DNA from: Lama glama
Lineage: Eukaryota
Assembly (NCBI GenBank): GCA_028534125.1
Contig: CM052816.1
Location: forward strand, 12,898,001-12,962,000
Reading direction: 5' to 3'
Length of the DNA stretch: 64,000 nt
Under the pieces are notes generated by a model. That model had not been told where the DNA came from. It was given only the letters and a program-made list of their open reading frames with translations, and made no database searches. The translations under genes were made by a program, and so were the position numbers. Below are positions 48,056-61,160 of the stretch, piece after piece. Position 1 is the first letter of the stretch. Each line of letters starts with the position of its first letter.

Positions 48056-49491
48056 AAGATTAGTGATGCTTCCTTTCCATCTTTATCACGGCTCAGTCCC
48101 AAAAGCCTACTGTACCTGAGAGCATTAAGCCACAGTTAATAGTAGTAGTTTACGGTTAACAGTGTCTTCGGAAGAATTACAACAAATTAATAGCCATGCT
48201 AGTTACACGCTGTAGGAAGTCACTAACAAGCTATGGCGTGGATTAAGAAAAACGCTCTGGTCTGTCTTGACAAGTAAACCCAATACAAATAGCAAACTAT
48301 TCCTAACGCTCTTTTCTGAACTGAGATTCATTTAAGGCTTACAGATTAACTTGGCTTGCACTAATGTTTCAATGAGTTTATACTCCTTCCGCAGTTAACC
48401 TGTCAAACTTCTCCTGGCTTTCAGTTTTATTTATTCAGAATTCCTTTATCAATAAAACTACCCCATGGGTGTCACAGGCTTAAATTTCATTTAGGTTTTG
48501 AGAGTCACAATAATTCCAGAAGGGATAATAAATGAACAGTCAAGTTAAATGAATTTTAACACCCTAGATTAATGAAGACTCAACCTCCATACCCTTGGTT
48601 CTACATCCATTGATATATATTCAATGTAGTTTAGTACGTAAGGAGGCTGTGAACCTGCCCTGTTTTATTTTTTCCAATCAGTAAGTGAGTTTTATCCTGT
48701 CTTCCAAGTAGGTGTATCTGTGGTATAAGGGGAAAACAATTTCATAAATATAGGAAAAAATAAAACCCAAAGGAATGAGTAGATGGAAAATTAACTTTTG
48801 CATCACTGCTGAAGTTAGAACCTGTGTTGGCAGCTCCAGGCAGGATACTACAAAGATGGGATGGATCTAAGGAGGCAGAGCTAAACCTGAGAAATAGCAA
48901 AACAGTATATAATTCTCACATTGAAGTGCATGATGGCCTCAAACTCCATCGTCTCACCTGAAACCTACTTCGCTTGGGCCTGATGCAGAGCAACAATCTC
49001 TTTTTTCCACATGGCAGCACCATCTCTCTTCCCCCGTAGAGACCTCCAAGTATTTTTTAAAGTTTAGGGAAATAAGAAAATGAAAAGATTACCTCACGTT
49101 TTAAAGTCTATTTTCGGTTCATTTGTTCCAGTCATAGCATGATGAAAGAAGGCTCACTGGACAATAGTGTGGTTGAGAATCGTAATAAATTTATTTATAG
49201 CTATATAAAAGGAATGGATTTTAATTTTAAATTAAGTTTTAATGTCATGTTTTGCTGTTTCAACAATGGGCCCATCTTTAACCTAAGAACTTAACAATGA
49301 CCATAGTTGTCATTGCCTGCCTGAGGGTGCCGGGCACTTGTGCCCTGTCACTGGCTTGTTCTCCCTTACAGTGCATAATTTTATGTAATAGCAACCATCA
49401 GTACACGTTACTCAAGTTAATGCATAATGATCTTGTACATTATAACTATAAATCTGCTAACCAGTAACATATTTGCTAATCATTTCTTTTT

Positions 49492-49868
49492 TTAATTTGA
49501 AGTATGGTTGATTACAATGTTGTGTTAGTTTCTGGTGTACAACATAGTGACTCAGTTATCCATATATATATATATATATTTCTTTTTTATTATAAGTTAT
49601 TACAAGCTATTTAATATAGTTCCCTGTGCTGTGCAGTAGGACCTTGTTGTTTATCTAGTCTGTACATAGTAGTTTAATATCAATCCCAAACTCCTAATTT
49701 ATCCCTCCCCCCTCCACTTTCCCCTTTGGTAACCGTAACTTTGTTTTCTGTGTCTGTGAGTCTGTTTCTGTTTTGCAAATAAGTTCATTTGTGTCTTTTT
49801 TTTTTTTTTTAGATTCCACATGTAAGTGATGTCATATGATATGTGCCTTTCTCTGTCTTGACTTCATT
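49492..49868 (-). mobile_element. Artiodactyl-type L1 3' UTR insertion
   Basis: tgaagtatggttgattacaatgttgtgttagtttctggtgtacaacatagtgactcag...agattccacatgtaagtgat; probable TSD ATTTCTTTTT at 49482-49491 and 49869-49878. Confidence 0.9.
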
Positions 49869-50044
49869 ATTTCTTTTTATGGATATTAACCCAGCTTGAC
49901 AAGGATCTCAAGTGTCAAATTCGGGTCCTGTTGCTTCTCTCCTTTAAGTGGTGATGAGTGTGAAGAGGAGGGAATAATGGGGTGGGGTGAAGCCCAGCTC
50001 CTGACACGCAGCAGAAGACAAACACTAGTTGGATGGCTGGGATT

Positions 50045-50280
50045 GGTGTTTATTGAGTGTCTACTATATGCCAAGCAGTGCTAGGTGCTTTTCATCATTA
50101 TCACATTTAATCCCCCTGGTCCTTGTGTGTGTATATTATATTTCCATTTTTTCCAAAAAAAAAAAAAAAGAAGTAAAGGTTTGGAGACATTAACACACTT
50201 GCCTGCATCTCGTCTGCATTGCTAAAACTTGAGCTCAGATTTTGTTTAACTCTAAACTGCAGCTCTTTCTACCGCACACC
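50045..50280 (-). mobile_element. MIR SINE
   Basis: tttattgagtgtctactatatgccaagcagtgctaggtgcttttcatcattatcacatttaatcc. Confidence 0.8.
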
Positions 50281-51016
50281 CATACCTAAACATATGTATC
50301 GCTGAAAAAGACTCACAAACTACGTGATATGGATTTGAAAACTTCTAGCAACCTCAGTTCAATCACGAGCAGTAACACAGTGATTTATAGTTCAGTCAGT
50401 TCTTTAAAGTAAAATCACTTCTAGTGGAAAATGATGTGAGTTTATATTACCTTGGCATCGGCATTCGCGTCAGTAGCACTCTGAGAAGACAGAATGATTT
50501 GACAGAGTGATAGAAGCTGAGGGTCTGAAGGGACTTCAGATGTGTCTAGTCTCATCATAGCTGGGAATTTATGTCTGATGCTCTGCTTCAGATGTTGAAC
50601 ACTTTTAACACATCCGGTTGCAAATTCTCTAGGATCACTCTTCATTGAGGAAAGAGAGGCCATGGGTAGAGGGAGTTGTCAGGGAAACCAATGGCAAGTG
50701 AGGAAGACGAGTTGAGAAGTACATTCAAATATTTCAGTTTCCATCTCCAGACCTGAAGACCAATAGATATTCAACTGGGGCTGGACTAGACGAAACTTGA
50801 GGTCCCTTTAGACCACAAGGTTCTGTGTTGATAGAGAAGGTCTTTTCAGAACCATGGTGATGATGTTGATGAAAAAACCTCAGTGTGAAGCTTCATGAAG
50901 CTGAGAGGTGGGGACAGTGATATTTAAAGACTGACCTTGGCTGTGTGTGTTCAGCAGGGAGGGCAGTGGCTGAGAAGCACATAGGGTACATTTGGACCCG
51001 GTTGGATTTGGGTGAC

Positions 51017-51514
51017 TGAGGTAGACTGAACAGCACGTGAACTATGGAAATATGTCCATGTACTATTCCCAGAACGTGCGGATGTTACCACATATGGCAA
51101 AAGGGACTTCGCATGTGTCGGTGAGTTTAGGACCTTGAGATAGAGACTTATCCTGGATTAACCTGGTGGGTCCAACGTAAACACAGCATCCTTGTAAGAG
51201 GGACACTGGAGGCGTCAGAGTCAGAGGAGGAGACAAAGTGAGGAGGGAAGCAGATGTTGGAGTGATGTGCTTGGCAGATGGAGGAAGAGGGTGCAGACGA
51301 GGGGATATACATGGCTCCTAGAAGCTGAAAATGGCAAGGAAACAGATTCTCCTCTCAGAGCCTCCAGAAAGGGCCTCCCTGCAGACCCTAACCTGAGCCC
51401 AGTTGAACAGATTTTGACCTTCTAACCTCCAGAACTGTAAGGGAACGTATGGGCGTTGTTTTAAGCCACTAGGTTTGTGGTACTTTGTTATAGCAGCAAT
51501 AGAAGTACAATACA
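51017..51514 (+). mobile_element. MLT1C/D-like solo LTR
   Basis: TG...CA ends (tgaggtagactgaa...gcagcaatagaagtacaataca), internal atggcaaaagggacttcgca; perfect 5-bp TSD GTGAC at 51012-51016 and 51515-51519. Confidence 0.92.
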
Positions 51515-51719
51515 GTGACTCACCGGCCAGAACTGTAATCACTGTCTGAGCACTGTTTCTTCAGAATAACATTTCAAAGAAAAATGAGTTTTAAAAGACA
51601 AGCCATGCCATTAACACTAAAGACTGCTGTCTGCAGGATTCATGTTATAAGTCATAGAAATGTCTTTCCTGATAACGTGGTTGGCTCCAGGCTGTCTATG
51701 GCCTGTTTGTCCCCTTGCG

Positions 51720-52450
51720 TGGACAGGAGCGCTGGTCTTTAAACCTGACCTCTCCCCTGAAATCTAGACTCACATTTTGACTGTCTGCTCAGCACCTCCC
51801 CTTTGATGTCCTACCATAACCCAGGGTCAGCAAAGCAATCCAGTCTCACCGTCTTCCTGGGAAAGTACACAGTCCGTGCCCTCTGATAATTTCTGGTCCT
51901 ATGGTGTCTGCTTGTAAAAGCCATACTTCCATCCCCTGCTCTTTACTTCCCTTTGATTAGTAACAAGCCATCACCCAGATTCAAAATGTTGTGTCATCTT
52001 TAGCAACTCCTTCTGGGTTCCTCTCTTATTTACTTAATTACCAGTCACTGTAGCATCTGTCTCTACTTCCTACTCCCACTGTTCTGTTCAAGTTAAGGTG
52101 CCAGCGAACTTACTGCAAAGATAATTGTCTCCCAATGATTTGGGGGTGCAGTCTCCAATGCGTGACTCCATCTCCCCACATAAATATTCCTAAAGGAACA
52201 CCCTTTCTAATCATGTCATCCCACTGCTTTCCTTTGTCCGCCACTGCAAGTTAAAAGCTCTTCAACTTCTCCTCCCTCTTTCTATTCTGTTTTCCATCTC
52301 TTCTTCCTCGAGCCTCCCTCTGCCTTCTAATCTACGACACGTGCTGTTCTCCAGCAAACCTCGTTTCCCTACCTGTGTGTCCTTACTCTGTATGTGTTCT
52401 CTGCCTCGAAAAGTCTCCTTTCTGGAGCCCCATCCCTGCATGTTGAAATA
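51720..52450 (+). mobile_element. L2 fragments
   Basis: cctgacctctcccctgaaatctagactcacattttgactgtctgctcagcacctcccctttgatgtcc. Confidence 0.65.
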
Positions 52451-52477
52451 TTGCTATGTAACATAAAAGTTAGAAGG

Positions 52478-52989
52478 TATGGTAGTTATAAAATATGTCC
52501 ACAGATCTTTAATATGTCTCTCCACAAGAGAAGGAGAATAATTCCTGTTTTCTTGAACATAGCTTAGACCAAGTGACTTGCTTCCAATGAACAGAATATG
52601 GTGGAAGGGACACGGTGTGACTTTTTATGTGTCGTGAAAAGCATTGCAGCTTCCTCTCCCTTTCTCTGTCTCTCTCTCTCATTGCTTCCTGTGGGAAAGC
52701 TAGCTGTCACGTTGTTAGGACTCTATGAAGCAATTCTATAAGAAGGCAAGGAACTGAGGCCTCCTACCATGGGCATGAGCCGTCTTGGAGGGGGCTCCTC
52801 CCGCCCCAGCAGGCCCTCACATGACTGCAGCCCCAGCTGACACCTTGACTGCAACTTTGTGAAAGATCTTGAGCCAGAAACATCCAGCTAAGCTATTGGG
52901 ATAATAAAACTGTGAGATAATAAATATTTGTTGTTTAAAGCCACAAAGTTTTAGGATAATTTGTTATGCTGCTGTACATAGTTAAGACA
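52478..52989 (+). mobile_element. MLT1F-like solo LTR
   Basis: agtgacttgcttccaatgaacagaatatggtggaag...atgactgcagccccagctgacaccttgactgcaac...aactgtgagataataaatatttgttgtttaaagccac. Confidence 0.85.
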
Positions 52990-53009
52990 AAAGTTAATTA
53001 TTCTTTATT

Positions 53010-53580
53010 CTTATTTCAACAAGAATTTCTTGAATGCCTTTGATGTGCTGGATTTGGATCTAAGGACTGGAGGTGGAAGGGTGAACTTACAAATCTGGTC
53101 TCTGCTCTTATGCTAATTACGGTCTGCCAGGGGAAACACATTAAACAAGTAGTTGCTCTAATATTTATCTAATTACCACTATGATAAGGTCTATAAGGTA
53201 GAAGATAGCTGGGCTATGACAGCATTAACAAATCCGTTCTAGCAGAATGGAGAAGACTTCCGAGCATTAAGGAATTAAAGTGCCCGCTGATGGTCCAGCT
53301 TTGAAGAAGCCTCTGGGCAGCGGGGGAGTCCAAGGTTAAGAAGGAAGGGCTTTACATCCAACTGCCTTAAACTGAATATAATCTCTGGTTTGTACTAATT
53401 GCATGACCTCAGGCAACTTTCTTACCTCTGACTCTCTGTGTCCCTATCTGAGCGTAGTCATAATAATATTCCTCGCTCAGAGACTTTTCTAATGGAATAA
53501 ATGAGCTATGCACGTGAAATGGTTATAACAGTGCTGGCATGTCGCATATGCCCAAGAGAAATTAGCTACTTACTTCTATT
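53010..53580. mobile_element. L2 end (minus strand, ~53010-53270) followed by MIR (plus strand, ~53330-53580)
   Basis: ttcaacaagaatttcttgaatgcctttgatgtgc; gcatgacctcaggcaactttcttacctctgactctctgtgtccctatctg. Confidence 0.7.
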
Positions 53581-55399
53581 TTAAGTTTCTCTGTCTAGTC
53601 CATTACTGTTTCCTGAATCCATGGAATCAGCCCCTGACTCTTGAGTCCTAGCTTTGTCTCTGTACAAAGGAGAATTATGAATCCTATTTCATTAACTCGG
53701 CGCTGCAGGCAACCACCTTCTCAGAACATACCTTTAAGTTTACACACCAAGTTGACACCTGGGATTGAGGGTTTTAGGGTGGTAGAAGCAGGAGGGTAAA
53801 GTCCTCAGAGAGGCTCTGGTATCACACAGGATCCTTTGCAAACTTATATAACCAAACACCACAAATTCTCGGCCTCCAGGCTTCTACTGTTCATACAACT
53901 TTTAATCTCATCCAACGTAAACTTCCAGTATGGCGGGAGCCTTCCATTAATATCCAGCTAAAGGATTTTTACTGTCGTCATTGCAGTTTCCTCTAAATAC
54001 TTTTTAAAAAATGCTTGTCATCTGGCCAAACGTAATAGGGCACAGAAGGAAAAAGAATCGGTTGCAAACACTTTGGCCTATACTAACGAGCTAAGATTTT
54101 ACAAGGATATATATACCCAGGCAAGATTAAATCTCGGAAGAGCAGAGATGTGTGATGTGAGTCAGCACCACACAGAGAGCACGATGGTAAACTGTTTACT
54201 TTCCAACACACAAACCAAAGTGCCTGTAAAACATTCTGAACTGATAGTGGGTGTGTGTGGCTGAGGTGCAAAACTGAAACACGCACACACAGAGCAACAG
54301 ACAATGGTGCAGGTATCAGTCGGCATACCTTGGTGTTGTGCAAACCACGTGTTTGGCTTCAGTTGAGCTTCAGCCTCCTTTTCTACATCCCCCCTCATCT
54401 CTCAACCGTGCCCCCCCTGCAGTGGAGACAAGTATTTATCGGAAAAGTATTAGCTGAAGGAAAATAGAAGCCCAGCGAACACTCTGTGCTGCTAACTTGC
54501 TGACTTGTCCCCACTCACATTGTTTGCCGGTTACTCTTCCCATTACCTCTTCTGTTGCCAAACAGATTTTGTGCTGAGCAGTGCATCTTGCCTAGCGCAT
54601 GATCCGAAAGAATTGTTGCTGATGGAACCGGGAAACACCACTATTTTTCTACTCAGAACCCTCTCCAGATGAACATTCATGTGCATGTACAACAGGCTTT
54701 TCTAGGCATTTCTGGCACCAGGGAGAGTTGACAACAGTGATGCTGAGACTGTTAGGTGCACCAAAGCATGAGCTGAAGTGAACCACACCCACCAAACTTG
54801 CATGCAAAGTGAAGATACTTCGTTAGCTCACTGGCTTTAAAGGGAGCTGACTTTCTCGTTAAGAAAGCAGAGATTTCCTTTCACCAGCCCTGTAGGTGTG
54901 AGGCAGAGCTACACATTGTCAATTAAAGGGCCCCAATTGCTGTGACCATTCTGCATGGCTTTATGTGCATGGTACACTCAAAGTAGCAGTGAGAATAATT
55001 CCAAAATTATGGATCTGTCTCAGTAAATGCCAGTAAAATATAAAGGCAGGATCTGGGGTCCTGTCAGAATTTACATAAGCAAAACTTTAACCCTTGTTCC
55101 CCGAGCTGATTGCAACATTTAGTGTGGACTTTTAAGACGCGTGGTCACGTTGGAGGTTGGTGGTGTGATAAAAAGTATGCTGTATTCAGGCAAGATGTTA
55201 CTCTGCTTCTCTGATTCACAGGATTTGTTTTATTTAAGACTTTTCCCGCCAAGTAATAGAGATTCTAGTTGTCTTAAATAAGAATGGAGGTTTTATGTTA
55301 AAGACATGGGGTTGACTTGAAACTCAAGTCAAGAGGCAGCCAGTTTTTGAAAGAACCAGAACTAGGAAACTAGGTAGCGTTCTCTTTCCTATCTCAGAG

Positions 55400-55842
55400 G
55401 CGGGGATGTCTTGCAACAGCAGCAGCTAACTCCAATATGCAGTTTTTGAATATACATAGAACCAGCTTCACTGCACCCCACCAGCACATCAGCCCCAGCC
55501 AGCCGCTACCTCCTCCTCAGAGTCTAACACCAGCCCCGTGAGGTTTCTCCTCTGAGCTCAGAGAGGACTGAGAGGTTCTCTCTCCCCAGAGTTCTGAGTT
55601 TCAGCTCTAGGGCCCCTCCTTGAAGCTTCTAAGTTTCAATAATTCCAGCCTCTTCCTTGTGTTCCTCTGGTCTTGGGGGTGATAACTGCTTCCTGCACTT
55701 GCTACCTTCAAGTTTTCCTTTTTTATCTGTTTGGTTGCAGAATTGACAACCTTACACCTAGTTAACAGTTCTTCATATTAAATTATTTTTGTTCCAATAA
55801 CGGGTGGATTTTCTGTCTCCTCCTTGGACCCTGACTGATATA
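55400..55842 (+). mobile_element. ERVL-class LTR (LTR33/LTR41-like)
   Basis: ctgcttcctgcacttgctacct...atattaaattatttttgttccaataacgggtggattttctgtctcctccttggaccctgactgatata terminus; start approximate. Confidence 0.65.
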
Positions 55843-58800
55843 GGTGTCTATTATTGAATTATGGGATTCCTGCAGTCCCACCAGCTTTAAAGTTCCCTAA
55901 TACACAAATGCACTTTGGTAAATCACAAGTTTACACAAATATAACGTGGTCGTTGGCCGTTAATGACAAGTGCCTATACACCCAGCACCATGGTGAGAGG
56001 TTTCTTTTCCTTATCTCACTCTGTCCTCAGGGTAGTCCTGCAAGGCAGGTGATGGGATTATCCTGGTTTTACAGAGGAGGTACTTGAGTTTAGGGAAATT
56101 TCATAAGCTGTGCAAGGCAGAAGGTAGGTAAGGATGCACATGTGGTCCTTCACTTTGCGTCTTTCCATCAGCAATTGCAGCAACTGTAGCTTTTGCAGCA
56201 TGGTTTCGTGCAGATGCTCATGTTTACAGCAGTTCCCCTCAGACTGTAAGCACAGTGGACAGGGTTTTATTTAGCTTTGTATGTCTAAGGTAGTCACTGA
56301 TGTAGAAGATACACAGTAAATATTTGCTGACTTGAAATTTAAAACATGAAGAAACTGATTCGGATGATTTGAAAAGATGAGATGGCTCAAGAAGAGAAGC
56401 TAAGTCCTAGAGTTATTTGGGGCAACTACTTGAGATGACTTTCATGGCAGATGTGGGACTTGATATCCAAACAGTATGATTGTGTGCCCAGAAAAGGAGA
56501 ATTCAGCGCAGGATCTTCTGTATGCAGAATCCAAGTGAGTGCTCACGAACTGGTGTGAACCCAAGAAGCATAGACCTAAATTCAGAGAGAGAAATCACTC
56601 CTCTGGGCCATAAAGCTACAAATCATTTCTGGTTTGAACTGAAAACCAGAGTATTTAATTAGTATTTGGTATTAAATTGAGGACACACACCTTGCCTAAT
56701 GAAATGTAATTTGCGTCCTACAATGCCCTCATGCTTTGAAACAGTTGGTCCACTTTTGCATGGCCATACCGGAAACCCCAGTGGCTCTGTCCTTCTGGGA
56801 AAATAAAGCGTAATTTCTGGAAAGTAATAGCAGACAGTAATCCCAACTGTCATGACGGTGGAAGGAACCCTTCGAATTAAGAACTACCCAGAGATTTCAC
56901 CCACTTACAATGCAGCATTTCCTGTTGAGAAAAATATGACAGTCTTTCTATGATTTGGATGACTTTACTTTTACCACACTGGGATGTTGGTATGGTAGTT
57001 AGAAAGTTAAATATTTCAAATTCAAAACACCAGAATGACTTATAGAATCAATTCATCAGTCCTGCTTTTTGATGACAATTACCCATAATTTCAGGTGCAC
57101 CAAAATGCTTATTACTGACAAACAGAAGGAAAAAGAATTAGTTCAAAAAATTTTAGAACTTTCCATGTTGAAGCGCTTGGGAAATTATTTGCGTCTCCTG
57201 ATGCACCCATTTGTTTGTTATTATCAACAGCTCAGGCTCTCAGCTGCTCACATGTTTTTTGCAGCCCATTTCCTAAGAGACTTGGAGAATGTTTCAAAGT
57301 TCAACTTAGTGTCAGGCTGTTGGAAGTTTCCAAATCTAATTTCTAGGCATAAAAGGTCACAGTCTCTCAAGCCTGGTGCTGTGGATTTTTTTTTTTTAGT
57401 GATATTTCAATGTAAGAAATTCACTTTTTGCTTTGTTTTACATTATAAGTAGAGGATATTTTATTATCCATTAGACTATGAGTTTCTAAGAAGAACTGAA
57501 TGTCATTGAAAAATATGAATAGTTCAATTTGCATTACAATGAAAACTTTTCCCTGTGGAAATATAAAATTCAATAAACTTACAAAAATCTAGACTGTATT
57601 AAAATATCCAAAATTTGTTACAAACCCAGGTAAACTAAAAATCTTCATTAATCTTTCTCAACATTCTGGGCCTCAGTTTACCCTTGGACGTAGAGTGGGA
57701 AATAAGAAATAGTAAAAGCGGACGGATTACTGTTTTGAAGGCTGTCTCTCCAAATGCCAGCTGGTAAAATAATGGTTTTCTACTGAAGATTGAATATCTG
57801 CACATGAGAATTTATAAACAGCTGAGATCCCACCAGCTGGCAAAATTAACTTTAGCTTACATGACACTTTTTTCCTTAATAATTTGAGAATTTAGTTAAA
57901 TATTGTGATATTATGGTAGGAAATATCAAGTACTTTATCTAATATTTAGAGTCTATGAGCTATTAAAAACGCTCCTTTGAATTTCAGTTGGTTCCAACAA
58001 CATCTGTGATCCATATTCCTGAAGTACACAGAAACATAAAATCTACACATTATTTGGTTTCACAACTGAACATTTTGATATTAGGCTATATTAATGAGCC
58101 CAATGATTAAAATCATCTTAAACTGTTTTCCCAGGGGAAAAAAAAAATGCAATGTGTCAGCCAGATCTTCCTTTTTCTGCCAACTCTGTTGAACGCTAGC
58201 CTGCTATAAATTAGTACATTCCCTGATTGCAGCCTAAAGTTATCTGCAAACTGCCTTAAAATAGCTACTTTATAGTAACTATCAAGTATGCTCATTAAAG
58301 GAAAACACATTTTGAAGGAACTGTCTTGCCAATTTTAATCAATTAAAGGTGGAAACTATGAAATTGCTGAAGGCAAATAAGATACTTGAAAATGTTTCTT
58401 CCCCCTTTTGTTCTTGCCCACTGCAACTAACAACAGAGAACATTTTAAGACAGCAAAAATTAGATCCTACAGTCATCCAAACTGTTAAAATAACTTTGAT
58501 GCAGAGTATAATTAAGTACATTAGAATATGGTGTGTGAGTATGCATATTTACAAAATAAGCATACCCATATTAACAGGAGCTGGAAGAGAGGACCTCTTG
58601 GGAGCTTTCCAATTCTAATATTCTATGATTATTTCTATCTTGCCATTATTGACCAAATTGCCAATTTGTTCTGAAATTGTCAACTAGAACCATGCCACCG
58701 TTAGGTAAGTGTATCATTTCCCAATAAGCTGTAGCTCACTAGACCACCTCTGAAAAAAATCCCAAATTTCATAATTGATGATCACTGAGTTTCCCTTTCA

Positions 58801-59209
58801 CAAAGGGACACTTTGGCTCTTCCATTAGATCAGACTGCCACATGAATGGTTCCCTCCCCACTCCCAGCTCCCCACCACTCATCACACACATCTGCATGTA
58901 CACACATGGTAACACTTCCTCCAGACAAATTTTAACCTGCTGCTGCTCACAAGAAATGGTCTTGATTTGGTTCTTATTAGTGGCTGGCTTAAAATATAAT
59001 TAACACAGAAGAATATAAAAGGAGAGGGAGTTTTCAGTAACATGGCCAAAAAAAAAAAAAGTTAATGCATGCAATTCTCTCAATTAAGAGCATAGACCTC
59101 ATGTATGTGGATTATGTGTGTTCATCTCATCTCTGTCTTCAAGTTTGACCCTCACAGTAACCCACTCAAAAGTTTAACGTGTCCCTGAAATGGCAGAAGA
59201 AAGGATATG

Positions 59210-59400
59210 TAACATTTACTGAGTATCCACTATAAGCCAGGTGTTAAGGATGTTTTTCCATGCATCCCCAATTAACTAACCCTCCAACCATCCTTTGAGA
59301 TTGAAATTATTATAATATCTCCATTTTACTAAGAGGGAAACTGAGACTCAGAGAAAGTAAATGCCTCCTTGATACTGATTGTAAGTGGCCTGGATCCAAG
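59210..59400 (-). mobile_element. MIR SINE
   Basis: aacatttactgagtatccactataagccagg...ctccattttactaagagggaaactgagactcagaga. Confidence 0.8.
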
Positions 59401-59884
59401 TTTTGTTTTGTTTTGTTTTTTAAGGAAAACAAAATCTGATTCCTGGCCAGTGGTCTGGAAGATACCAAATGGTACCCAAATGGGTAAAGTAGGTAGTGGG
59501 CATTTTGTAGCATCTACAATTGATACACAACAGAGAATCATTTGGGTAATTATTTCTTGAATAGTTGCTTTCCTGTTTCTTTATAAATTCCATGAAGATG
59601 TCGTTTGTTTTGTCCACCGCTGTATTTCCAGTGTTTAGCACTTAGCAGATGTTCAGGAAATATTTGTTGACTATCCAATGTGCTCTGTCTCTCTTGCCAG
59701 CTTTCTCAGAGACATCTTCTAAGGAGGTTTACACAAGGACAGAACAACCATTGATTTGCCCACCAATACACTTCTCCATCAGTTTAATCCTGTGCCTAAC
59801 CAGTGATCGTTACCCTTTAGAAGCAGACTACAGTCAGCTTTTAGCTAATTGCTTTCAAATCGATTAGAAGGGTTTTCCAAGTAG

Positions 59885-60120
59885 AATAATGACATATTTA
59901 ACAATGATTGACCCTGTACTGTATGCCAAGTTCTGAATGTGCTTTACGTGTATCATCTTACTAATTCCTGCAGTAGATCTTGGCATGCTCCTCATTTTCA
60001 AGATAAAGGAAACGTGGTGTCGAGGGGTTCGCTTACTTTTCCTGGAAGGAAGAACCATGAAGAGTGAGGAGGTAAGAAACAACAGGAAGGCAAACAGCTG
60101 CTCTGGGGATGGAGAGCCCA
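59885..60120 (-). mobile_element. MIR SINE
   Basis: tactgtatgccaagttctgaatgtgctttacgtgtatcatcttactaattcc...ctcattttcaagataaaggaaac. Confidence 0.75.
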
Positions 60121-60652
60121 GTGACATGGAGGCTCCCATTTCTCAGGTTTGTAGCCGGGGCACTCTGACGGCCTGCCTCATCTCCCCCAGCTGCCTTGGG
60201 AAGTCCGCACTCGTGGGGAAGCCCACGCACGGCCCTTCATTCTGGCTGCCTTGAGGGCGACGCCTCAAGTCTTCCTCTCTGAAGTGGTTCCTCTTCCCAC
60301 AGACCAACATTGGAAGGCACCTGAAGCCAGGGAACCTCCAAGACACTGCCAGGCATGGCCAGCTTCCCTCTGGTCCTCACCACTCCACAACCCTGCACTA
60401 GGTCCCACCCAGGCATGGAGGACTCAGACCTGTGCTATGAAGCCTGTGGGAGAAGCATCGGATGTCTTTGCCTTCACCACTCCATCTACAGATATCCAGG
60501 CACCTACACATAACAGTTTCCTCCCCAGCATTTTTTCTCCCCAGGAAGTCGATGTCTGGAAGGGACATATGTTGACACACTGATTCCTCGTTTAGGCTAC
60601 AACATCCAGAGCCACTTCAATAGAGATCACTCTTGTAAAATGGGAGCCATCG

Positions 60653-60845
60653 TGTTCAGTTTATTCATCACTGCAGAATAAATGCCCCCAAATTCAGTGG
60701 TGTAAAACAGCGACTACCGTATTGCTCATGGTTCTGTGGGTTGACTGGTGTTCGGCATTGTGGTCTTTCGGACATCCTTGCTTTGATTCTCTCATGCAGC
60801 TGTCATCAGCTGAGAGCTGGGCTAGAACATTCAGGGTGGCTTCAC
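60653..60845 (-). mobile_element. MLT1 (G/H/J-like) LTR fragment
   Basis: ccccaaattcagtggtgtaaaacagc...ttgctcatggttctgtgggttgactgg...tctcatgcagctgtcatcagctga. Confidence 0.7.
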
Positions 60846-60849
60846 ACCC

Positions 60850-61160
60850 TTCCTTCCTTTTCCCCATCTCTTGTCACACTAACTTTGTCTATAACCTCCA
60901 GGTCTCAGCAGAAACGCTGCTTCCTGCCAGCAGATATCCCTGACTCCAGGGATGGGTCTCTTGCCTTAAGCCTGAACTTCTCCTTCACAGCCCTCACACG
61001 CGTGTAGTGTCTGGCTCACCATCTACCTCCCCCGTAGGTTATGAGCTTGAGGACTGGACCATGTCCATTTTATTCATTGCTGTACCTTCAGGGCCGTGTA
61101 TAGCACCTGCCTTTAGTAAGTGTCCAATAAATATTTCACTGAGTGACTGAATGAATGACC
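60850..61160 (+). mobile_element. L2 3' end
   Basis: ttatgagcttgaggactggaccatgtccattttattcattgctgtacc...gtccaataaatatttcactgagtgactgaatgaatga. Confidence 0.8.

Noticed and set aside
57069..57452. 127-aa ORF in AT-rich unique sequence
   Set aside because: No recognisable homology, runs through a poly(T) tract, and no convincing splice or promoter context
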